A stretch of DNA of 62,056 nt, the filler included, from Sphacelaria rigidula (Eukaryota): the NCBI GenBank assembly GCA_964200075.2. It is 7 parts of 7 records of this genome, joined end to end, with 100 filler letters (N's around TTAATTAATTAA, not from the genome) between each part and the next. Parts side by side here need not be neighbours in the genome. Positions count along the whole stretch, not along the records: positions 44,399 to 53,177 come from CAXNAA020010124.1; positions 53,278 to 62,056 come from CAXNAA020010125.1; 5 more parts are not named here. The stretch is one strand, 5' to 3'. The notes under the pieces are model-generated. The model did not search any database and was not told the origin of the DNA. It saw only the letters and a list, made by a program, of their open reading frames with translations. Below are positions 50,197 through 60,293 of the stretch, in pieces. A program made the translations under genes and the position numbers. Numbering within the stretch: the first letter of the stretch is position 1; every line of letters starts with the position of its first letter.

Positions 50197-52287
50197 GTGG
50201 GCACTCTACCCGCCCCCACCGTCTCTGAAGTGCTCGAGCTGGCACGCAAAAGTACTATCTTCGCGACTGACGACGACATCAATTTGCTTGTTCGCCGACC
50301 CAACTCCCATTTGGGCACGGCTGCCGCAGTAACAACTGCCGCTCCGGGACATATGCGTCATGACGCCCCTATCCGCATCTATGTCCCTATCATGATGCGT
50401 CCATGGATCATGAAAGGCTGTCACTCTGATTTGTCCTGCCATTTAGGCGTCACGCGCATGTTAGCGCTCCTTGAACGCTTTTATTGGTGGATCGGCATGG
50501 AAGCATCCACGCGTTTTTGGATCCGACGATGTTTCAAATGTCAGGCTCGCAAAACCTCTCGACAGACTGTACGATGGCCGGTGATTTTCATGGAGCTTCC
50601 AAACGCTCCTGGTCACTTCGTATCGTTTGACTACTTCGGCCCTTTACCCACCACTGACCGTGGTAATACCTACATTCTGCTTTTCACCGATCGCTTCAGC
50701 CGTCACCCGGCTATGTACGCTGTTACTGCTAGCGATTTCACTGCTGCCCGCACAGCGGACATTCTCGTCCATGACTACATTAAGCACTATGGCTGCCCGA
50801 AACGGCTCCTCTCTGACAATGGTCAACAATTTTGCTCCGAACTCTCGGATGCTTTGTACTAGCTCCTCGGCATTTGCAAAATTGCCACGAGCGCCTACCA
50901 CCCTAACGTTAACGGTGGAACTGAACTTGTGAACCACACGATGGCTCAAATGTTATCCATGGTCGTAAACGACCGTCAGAATGACTGGGGCCTTCATCTT
51001 TCGCACGTCATGCTGTCTTACAACAATTCGGTCAACGCGGCTACCGGTCTTTCGCCCAACGAGCTGCATCTTGGACGCTACCCTCGTCTGCCCATCACCG
51101 TTTTCGAAAGACATACCTTCGATGGTCATCAAGGTCTGGAACAGGATCAGATGTCCTACCACGACCTCGCCAGGGCTCGTCAGCGCAAGGCGTTCATTTT
51201 GGTGCGCGAACAACACGCTATCAACGCCTCACGCCTTGAAAGATCCAATACCGCCCTCTACAACTTAATGCACAAACGCCCTACTTGGAAAATCGGCGAT
51301 TGGGTCTGGATATACAATAGTTTGCCCACCATCCGTCAAGGCGCTGACCGCAATGCCCAGGCAACAGTCTTGAAGATGAAACTGTCCCTCAATTGGACGG
51401 GTCCGTTCAAAATTCTCATAGTCGGGCCCTCGCCGACGCCTCCTGACGGCAAGCCTGTTGGCGACAAACTCCTCTACCTCGATTTACCTCGTGACATCCA
51501 GGGACATGACGCTAAATTTCGCGTCTCTGTGCATCGTTGCAAGCCTTGAAAGAACCCGCATGACACTACTGACATGCCTCAATACCTGCCTGTAGGTCTC
51601 ACTCAACACGTGCTCAACAGCTACTCAAAAAAATCTCCACCGTACGACGTTACCACCGATGACGTGACCGAACAACCTCTCCGCTTGGCCGTGTCCCACA
51701 TTTCCGGCCACCAAATCACTCGAGGTCCTGGCGGCAAAATTGCTGTTATGTACAAGACACACTGGCAAGGTCTTCGGCGTGCGTCTTGGGAACGCGAGTC
51801 CGACCTTCAACTGCACCGCCGTGCTATCCTCCTCTATTGGACACAATCCCCGCAGCAACAGCTCGCTGACAACAAGGGATATCGCAACATGAGACGCGGT
51901 GCTGCGACCCGCGAACTCCACCGCGGCAAAGGACTACGTTTTGTAGTCGATGGTTACGAACTCGTACCCACCAAACAATGGGACGAAAAGGTTCGCGCAA
52001 AACAAGAACCGCTCCCTAAAGGTGCCTATTTGTGGTGTAAGGGCAGCGATTACCTCTGGTGGCTAGGTCAGATCCACTCCGTCGATGCCCTCGCGGCCGA
52101 CACGTACATCGTGCGTTTCCTTGACGGCCCTGGGCCCGTTCAGCTCAAGCTTGGCCTCGATTTATACACGACCAGCCCCTCCGCACCCCGCGGTTCTTGG
52201 TGCCTACAACGCTTCAAGTCACACGGCTTACGCCGCGGCCTTCAACGCAATATCGATCGTACACACGACATCAATGCACCATCTTGA
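50197..52287 (+). pseudogene. Gypsy integrase with C-terminal chromodomain and PWWP/Tudor-like domain (one frame, two premature stops)
   Basis: HHCC zinc finger (CHSDLSCHLG...CFKC), catalytic SFDYFGP, SDNG and NGGTE, and WTGPF (GPY/F). Chromodomain at 51685-51840. Stops at 50860 and 51547 are in the same frame. Confidence 0.92.
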
Positions 52288-52484
52288 GTCCTATCTCTTT
52301 GCACTCCCATTATCGCGATTTTCCTCTCTCCTCCCAGTTTGGTTCTGGTACTTCCCTTGTCCCCCCTCAGGTACGCTCTCCTCTTCACTGCTTCACCTAC
52401 GATGCTCCCCTATCGCGGCTCATCTCTGCCCTCATCGGCCCCTTCGACGACTTCCTCTGGACTCCCTTCGCCCCCTTCCATTGG

Positions 52485-52535
52485 TCAATGGTCAAACGAC
52501 TAAGGCAAGCAACAAATGAGTACGCCCCCCCCCCC
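52485..52535 (+). mobile_element. 5'-truncated short poly(C)-tailed repeat with 14-bp TSD
   Basis: cccccttccattgg at 52471-52484 and 52531-52544. Confidence 0.88.
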
Positions 52536-54122
52536 TTCCATTGGCCTCTACGCTGCCACCACTTTGGCTGGCTGGCACTCGACTCTATACGGGTCCTTGA
52601 GTTTTTTGTTTTCCCGCTTGCAGTTGCCACTGTGTCCTTTGCGGGGTTTCCCTTTGCTTCTTATCTAGCTAGCGCGTCAAAGTATTGTGTGCTTTTTCCG
52701 TTTGTTCGCTAGCTCGCAGCAGCATTGTGTGCTACTGCGCAGTCAACCGCAATTGCGTGATTGCGCTTTTTGAGGCACCTTTGGTTTTTCTTGTTTGAGG
52801 TGTGGGAGGATCGGGCACGGGCTGGTCATAGCCCTTTTGGTTTTTTTCGCCTTGTCTGCTCATGGCTTGATGAGTGAGACAAACCTCAATTTTAGTTGCC
52901 CTTGAGATTTAATCGAAAGTCAAATAGAGGTTCGCTACTACTGTTCTCTGTCACACACATGCCCGCAAGGACGGTGCTGCGGCATAACCAGATAGATCCA
53001 ATATGAACTTAGGGGGTGTTATTCATCGTCGATTTTCCCCCACCTCTCCCCAATGAGCGCTTGACCACACGCCAGTTGGGGGGAGTGCACGAGAGATCAA
53101 ACACTTGTGAAGACCTTCTTGACATGCAGAGTGAAAAACGATGTCTATGGTGGTGACCTAACTGCTGCTAGCGTCGTNNNNNNNNNNNNNNNNNNNNNNN
53201 NNNNNNNNNNNNNNNNNNNNNTTAATTAATTAANNNNNNNNNNNNNNNNNNNNNNNNNNNNNNNNNNNNNNNNNNNNAAGCGTGGAGAAAGTACTGTTTT
53301 GAGCTCGAACCTCATTTCATTGATGAACCTCATTTTATAGAACCCTCTGTCATGTACTGACATACCATTTCCAGTGTTGCTGCAGCATGCTGACCCCCAG
53401 AAGACATTAAGGCTAGTCGCTTTAGCTCACTGGCTTGCCGTTTGTTCAACGGTCCAGGAGGATGTTGATTGGGGCCGCCGGCTGAACGCAACCTCCTTTG
53501 GCCGATAGGCGGCCCTGTAATCGGTGAATTGCCCTCCGTGGTGCTGTCCTCTAGCTGAGCTATACCATCGTAGATATTCATGTTGAAGTTGTTTGTGTCG
53601 TCATGATGTTTCTTGTCAAATGCAGATACGTTGGGCTCCTGGATATCCAATGTCGAAAAATCTTCATCACTGCAAGGAACTCCTGCTACTCGTTCGATGG
53701 AAGTGGCGTTTCTGGAGCTGGATATTTTTCCCGAGTAGCGGTTGCAAATGCGGTACGATGGACAACCGGAATCATACCCCACTAGCACTCCTTCCCAAGC
53801 CTTTTCTTCTAACTTACTATGATGACGCTCCCTGTACACAAACGCCCTCGAGCCGATTGTTCGCAAGGATGATAGCTTTGGGTGCTCAAGAAACATCCGA
53901 AAATATGGTGTATCGCCGCCGATGCTCGTGTGCGGTAGGCGATTGATTAAAAAGACCGCAGTTGCAGCAATTTCTCCCCAAAAACATTTCGGCAAATTCG
54001 GTTCGTTCAGGAGACAACGGGTAACGTTCAAGATACTCCGCCCGTCTCTTTCACTGATACCATTTCTGATGAGGAGTATATGGGCTGGTGAACTCTTGAC
54101 GGATGCCCGTAGTCTTGCAGTA

Positions 54123-55756
54123 CACACGTGGGCAGATAGCACCCTGTGGAGGGGGTCTACAGGGTTTACTTACCCTGCGCAGTGTTTCTGGCGGGAATTT
54201 TACTGTACAGTGTTTTCCAGCGTAGCACAGGACGCTCTTGCAGGGTTTCTCTACAGTGGCCATGCACACGTGGACAAATAGCACCCTGTGGGGCACGTCT
54301 ACAAGGTCAAGGGAAACTGTGCAGTGTTTCCCGCGGGATCTAGCTGTAGGGTTTTTTTTGCGCCCCACAGGACGCTTCACAGGGTTCAGGGAAACTGTGC
54401 AGGGTTTCTAGCGGGGATTTGATTGTAGGGTATTATTTTGTGCCACACAGGTCGCTGCACAGGGTTTCGTCACTCCGTGTAGAATTCATCGCTGTTAATA
54501 TGCTGTGCAGCCTTTATAGCGCGCATACAATACACTGCATAGAGCGTGGGCATGGTACTGGCAGAAAAAAACGTTCGAGGAGTGGCAGGGATGAGAACGG
54601 AACTCACGGTTTTGTGCTTGGGAGTGCGTGAGGTTGTACATTGAACTACCTGATTGGTTGTTTCCGTCACAATTATTTTGTGCTTCTAATAACTATCAAG
54701 CAAAAACCTCTCTAAACAAAAGCATACTCGGTTGAGTGATTTTGGTAGACTGCGGACCACGGGGTTTCCAACAGCAATGTGCACTCATATGTGAGGTATA
54801 CACCGCCATATCTGTATCCACATCTTAAGCCAAAGTGTCGTATCTAAACTCGTGGGCGTGTGGACATACACTCGATCGTAATCAGTGTGTCGGATTTCCA
54901 TTCAGCAAAAGCTGTTGGGAATTATTCATCCTTTAGCCCATACGTCTGTGACCACGGGTTCGCGAGATCGGACTAATGTGCGGAAATAATAATAATAATA
55001 GCCCATGTGCATGGACCGGGGGGTAAAAGGATGAATTACTTTCAGCAATTTTTTCTGCTCGTCGCATCCCATATGCTGATAACGGTGCAGTATGCGGGAT
55101 TTGTCCAGCAGCTGACGCTGCTCGCAACGAATATCTTTTTGCCCGATTTCCGGATGAATTGAAGGGCAAAGTGAATATTTCTTTCGAGCTTCTTCTGCTG
55201 TTCAAATTCCAAATCTGCCAGTTTGCATGGGATATGCGCAGCAGAAGAAGCTGTTCGAAATAGATCCTTTTTTCGCTCATTTCAAAAATGGGCGAAAAAA
55301 ATCGATTTTGAACAGCTTCTTCTGCTGTTCGAAATCAATTCTCTTTTTTGCCGAAATAAGTTGGGAGAGAAAAGGATCTGTTTTGAATAGCTTGTCCTGC
55401 TGTCCAAAATAAATTCCTTTTCGCCCGGTTCAAATCGGGTGGAGAGGAATTAACCTCGGACAGGAGGACACGCTATTGAAAATATATAAATTTCAAGATT
55501 TAGTAGCAAAATATTTGGAATTTTCGAAAAAAAAAAGTCAGGGTTCTTTACCAAAACACTACCACATGACTGTGCAGGGCTTTGCCGACAAGCCTACACA
55601 GGGCTGTAAACCCAACCCTGGGGAAAACCCTATCAAAACGCTACGAGAGGTACAGGTATGGATTTTCACTGTCAGGGTTTTTTTCACAAAGACTGTGGAG
55701 GACCCTGTACGTACCCTGCACAGTGCGCCCCACAGGGTGCTATCTGTCCACGGGTG
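54123..55756. mobile_element. Non-autonomous TIR transposon with TA duplication, inserted in the Copia integrase
   Basis: TA-cacacgtgggcagatagcaccctgtgg ... ccacagggtgctatctgtccacgggtg-TA, with many subterminal cagggt repeats. Removing it restores the integrase frame. Confidence 0.88.
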
Positions 55757-55766
55757 TACCTCTTAA

Positions 55767-55868
55767 CCCTTAGACCGCGAGGGTAGGTCACCTGCTGAAT
55801 CGGCATCAATTTTCACTTGAAAAAATTATGCCTAATCCAGATGGACTACCCGCACCGCCGTCGAAGGG
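55767..55868. mobile_element. 102-bp piggyBac-type mini-element
   Basis: TTAA-CCCTT...AAGGG-TTAA with imperfect ~20-bp TIRs. Removing it restores the integrase frame. Confidence 0.85.
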
Positions 55869-58509
55869 TTAAAATTGTCCGCGATGTATTCACCCCCACG
55901 GTCTGACCGCAGACGGTGTACACGGAGTCCTAAAGGAATAGCCAAATCTTGGATGAACCTGCAGAGCGTAGGTAGGGTCTCATCCTTCGTTTTGATGAAG
56001 CAGACTACCTTGAAACGCGAGAAGTGATCCGTAGATTTTGCCATGTAGCGGTAGCCGCCCTGCCCCATGGGCGTCATCGGCCCTGTTAGGCCAGTGCTGA
56101 CCAGTTGCAGTCGTTCCGAAATATTCGTGGAGTCTACGGTCTTTGGGGGGTCCTGCTGTACACTTTTATTAAGCTTGCACGTTACACAAGGTGACAGTGG
56201 CCCCTCAAAGTTCACACCTGATTCAGGAATATTCAGTAGACGGCGCATGACCTGCTCCGTTGGATGTCCAAGTCGCCTATGCCAAATGTCTGCTCCTGTC
56301 GTGGTAGACAAAGCTGTCGGTTCTGCTCCCGCTGTAGCAGACATGGCTGCTGAAACTCCCGGCATGTTGTGGTGAATGGCTTCTGCAACAACGGCTGACC
56401 CGATGCCCATAGATTCTCCTGAAATAATTGTAGCTGTAAATGCTGAGCTGTTATTACTATTACCCGGTTTCCGAGAAACTCTCACGCTGATGTACTGTAA
56501 CGCTCCGTTGCTGTCACTGTTGATTGGCACTTTAAACTGTCCGAGGTCGATGTGGGACTCGTGAAAAGATATAGTCGAAGCCCCCTTTGCAAGAGCTTGT
56601 ACAGGGGAGAACAGATGCTTCCCCAAACCTGGGACAATTACGGCTGGGAGCCGAACAGAACGTTGGTACCCCTCAGAGTCAATGAACACGGTGTTCGGAA
56701 CTCCTTTTGCTGTACCATGTAGTAGATAGCGTCCCGCTGTTAAAATAGTCATCGGGGGATCGAGTTCGAACAGCTCGACCATTTCACGTTCGATATCGGG
56801 TAGCAACTGATCATCCAGAAAGTGTCCAGTGCTGCCGCTATCCACTGTCAACTGAAAATAAATTTGATCGGATGTATCAGTGAAATATGAACCAGAGAGA
56901 AAAGAAAATCCCACACCGTCTGGTGGTGAAGATGAATCTATCACTGTCGCAGCTGTTGATGAAGAAGTTTCTAGACCGTTGTTGTTCGATAGTGCGGTTG
57001 TAGAAGCTGGATCGGTGACGGCTGTGTTGGCTTGGCGTTGATGTCCGTTGGAGTTGTTGCTGCCGATGTTGCTGTTGTGGTTGCTCCTACTGTTGTTGTT
57101 GTTGATGCTGTTGTCACGGCTGTTATTTCGATAGCGGGGGTTTCTGCGACGATGATGGTTATTATTGTTGTTTCCAGCGTTGTTGGTCGCATTCCCGCAG
57201 TTTTGTTGAGTTCTACAATCAGAATCGTCATGCTTGTCAGTATGATGGAAACTGCACCATTTTACAGGCCTGTTCCCGTGGTTTGATTGCATCTGGGAGC
57301 GACAGTCTCTGGCCTGATGTCCTGGTCTCCTGCAGGTGTAGCAATTTCCACGGAATTTCTGGGGTTGATTAAAAAATTTCGATAGTGATGTCACCAGCAG
57401 TGATTAATCGCGGCCATGCGATTTCCCGGAGGTATATTTCCGCGCCATGCGATTAGCATACATATTTCGCATTGTTGTTTCGATCCTCTGAATACTGATA
57501 TCTGGATTACGCTCCGCATTGTCCTTGATGCGGTCATACTCGCTTGTTAAACCTTAGATCACTATGTCAGTCAGCCTTTCTTCGGAAATGGCCTCGCCAA
57601 CGTTGTCCAGTTCGTCGAGGCTGATACACTTTGCTCAAGAAAGTATCAGGCTCTTGCCCTGGTGACATAGAGACGACGTTGAGTTCTCTCATCAAGATCC
57701 TGATTCTCTGCTTCGAAGAATTTTGATATTTGGAAATCAAGGCTTCCCATGCACGTTTGCCGTTGGTCTCTCTGAACCCCTCGGCTGGAAACGCAACAAA
57801 TAACTTGCTGCAGCACAAGTTGTAGATAGGTACAACACGTGGAACAATTGTTGATTGCACCTGGTCCCAACTCTCTATCTCACGCGTGTTACAAATCTGC
57901 CTTACATGTGACACCACGCTTGGAGAACGAGATTCTCGTGTAGAATGATGGTCTTCGGTAGGTCCAGTCCCATCCACCGCTGCGATCGTCTCGTCTCCAG
58001 CGGATGCCTCCACCGATGAAAAATGCGGTCGAACGGACGACTGCTGGCGTGTGGTTTGAGAACGAGTTCTAGAAGGACTAGGTCTTGTGGCAGCTGGTTG
58101 TGGCAGATCTACCTCAGAAAAGTCTTCTTCGAGTTCCGCGGGGCGTTCGACCCCATTGAGAATATCCGCAATCCCCGGATGAGTTAATGAAATGATAGCG
58201 CGCGTAGAGCGTATCCACTCGACGAACTTTGTACCGTCGAACTTGTTGATGCTCTTGATGAGCTCAGTTACAGATGGCTCTCCCGACGTATTCATCTGCC
58301 TCACGATACTAATAAAACTATTCTCTTCACACCTGCAGATTTTTTGGAAATATCTTGATTGTCGCTCCTGTGGCGACCTTGATGTGACACCTCCTCGCTC
58401 GTGCTGACCGATGTAGTCTTGACCCGAAGGCTGATGACCTGAAGACCTAGGTGGTCGCGAATCAACGGCACCTGTTGGCTTATGTGGTCGCGAACCGAGA
58501 CTCAAAACC

Positions 58510-58973
58510 TACTGGACATTATTCGCTGGCACGGTACTGCCTCACTGGACAGTTAAGCAGAGGCTTGCACTGTAGCGGTAAAGCTACTTGCGAGGAGCAG
58601 TGTAGTAAAACCAAGATGGTGTAGTTCGGCGCTTTTAGCCTAAAATATCAAACAGCCTCTTTTGCAAGAGAGAGCTGTGGAAGCAAAACTGGGTTGCTGG
58701 GGAGAGTGAGAGGCGATGTCGAGCGAGAGCGAGCCTTAACACTTTCCACTCCCTGGAGAAAAACGCAATGCTGTACGTAAACCAAAAGATCTTAAAACGT
58801 ACCCTATATTACCATGAACAAGGTACAGTGCAACGACACATACGTGGTTTACAGTTTCACCTGAACCGTAACAAATAACATTCAAGTCGTGCCGCTTACA
58901 CAGTGCAGTATCTTGTAGCGGCGATTTCAATCATACACAACGAACTTAGACTGCCCTGTCAAAATTTGCAACA
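58510..58973 (-). repeat. Probable 5' LTR of the Copia element
   Basis: On the minus strand it starts TGTTG at 58973 and is followed by GGTTTTGAGTCT, resembling the GGTTATGAGCCC-type Copia primer-binding site. The second LTR is not in the contig, so this cannot be confirmed. Confidence 0.5.
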
Positions 58974-59478
58974 GACTAATCCCAACTCTAAGGCTTAAAC
59001 TAGGTCACACCTTCCCGCTCCCAAGCAGGCGGTGGTGGGTGTTCGTTGGGATAGAGGGCGGAAATTTGGGTGAGATCGTGCTGTCAACATAAGCACTGTT
59101 CGGTGAAACATTCCGTCCTGTAGTGAGCAGATGTGAACCATCTGCGCCGATTCCTCAGCGCATGATGAGTTTTGAATTGTCGGGACTTGTATAGAATCTC
59201 GTTCTCTTGCGGAGGCTCTGCTAGGCAGTGCGAAGGCGACCGACTGCAGTTGCAGGTTCGGGTGCGAGAGCGTGCTACCCCGTACTACGGAGGAAAATTC
59301 ATAAGTTTCGTCATGATACCTTCGATACGTGACCACCAGTAGTTTGCATGGTCCTTCCCGGCCTTGCTTGTGACTGGTGGTTGCTGCTGCAGTCGCGGCA
59401 GACATGAACGTCCGGTTCTCGATACCGTTCGGGGTGGCACCCGTTCATCGCGTATATGTTCCTCCCCCTTGCGCGCAG

Positions 59479-59628
59479 GTTGACGACGTGGTGGATGCCC
59501 TCTCATTTGACGACCATCCGAGAACTGAGGGTGGGCATGAGATAAAGTTTCCTCTCTATCACTTCCTTCTCAACGCGTCTCGGGAGGCAGAGTTGGAAGC
59601 AGAACTGCCGCCGAAGATCGACGGCGGG
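59479..59628 (+). CDS. Possible exon of an unknown gene (VDDVVDALSFDDHPRTEGGHEIKFPLYHFLLNASREAELEAELPPKIDGG)
   Basis: Pyrimidine tract plus gcag|, |gtacgg donor, 150 nt open. No family recognised. Confidence 0.3.
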
Positions 59629-59853
59629 GTACGGGAGCATTGGACTCGGGTCACGGAGGAGACACGGTCAGGAGGGAAAAGAGATATATTTGAATATCCG
59701 CTGAATCCCTCAAAGAGCTTGGCCGCACATTTGACAGCGGTGGCACAGGCCAGTGTTGCAGACGGGTGTGTCGTTGACCCAAATTGAAGTAACACGCGAT
59801 GGCGTTGCAAGTACAGCAGTCATGTTCCGCTGTACGACCCCCCCCCAACGTGC

Positions 59854-59925
59854 TCCGTCTCGAAAGGGATGCGTGGTCAATGGTCACACGACTAAGGCAA
59901 GCAACAAATGAGTACGCCCCCCCCC
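59854..59925 (+). mobile_element. Short poly(C)-tailed repeat with 16-bp TSD
   Basis: cccccccccaacgtgc at 59838-59853 and 59917-59932. Confidence 0.9.
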
Positions 59926-60293
59926 AACGTGCGAGAGTGCGCCGTCAGTATACCTGCATGGTTTTTTTTCTTTGGGATTGTCTGAGTATGCTGCGCCGCA
60001 CACACACGCCATTATTATTATTCGGATTATTTCGGCGCATTGGCCCCATCTACACGACCCTTGTCCACATGAGTTCACCCGCCTTTGCAGAACGAACGCT
60101 GCCATTCGTGACATAAAAAAAGAAGCGTAATGCATGAGCGCGCGGTTACCCCCCGGAACGCGCGAAATGTGGGTCCCACTGTGACCAGGATCGAGTGCTG
60201 TCCGCCATGTTGGGATTGATAATGAAGAGGAAAAACATGCAGGGGCACACGTTCTGGGACCGCCCGTGATCGACAGCGAAGAAAGAAGACGCG

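Larger units (their letters stand above)
44441..52287 (+). mobile_element. Degenerate Ty3/Gypsy LTR retrotransposon (chromovirus-like) internal region; LTRs not identified
   Basis: Domain order is gag-PR-RT-RH-IN-chromo, with several stops and frameshifts. Confidence 0.95.
53278..58973 (-). mobile_element. Degenerate Ty1/Copia retrotransposon (gag, CCHC, protease, GAG-pre, integrase); RT/RH not within the contig
   Basis: Motifs KFDGTKFVEW, CYTCRRPGHQARDC, VDSGSTGH, WHRRLGHP...CVTC, LRSDRGGEY, SPYTPHQ, FWGEIAATAVFLINRLP and KLEEKAWEGVLVGYD. Integrase directly follows protease. Confidence 0.95.

Noticed and set aside
52288-52930. 3' LTR of the Gypsy element
   Set aside because: There is no matching 5' copy in the contig and no clear PPT or TG..CA boundaries.
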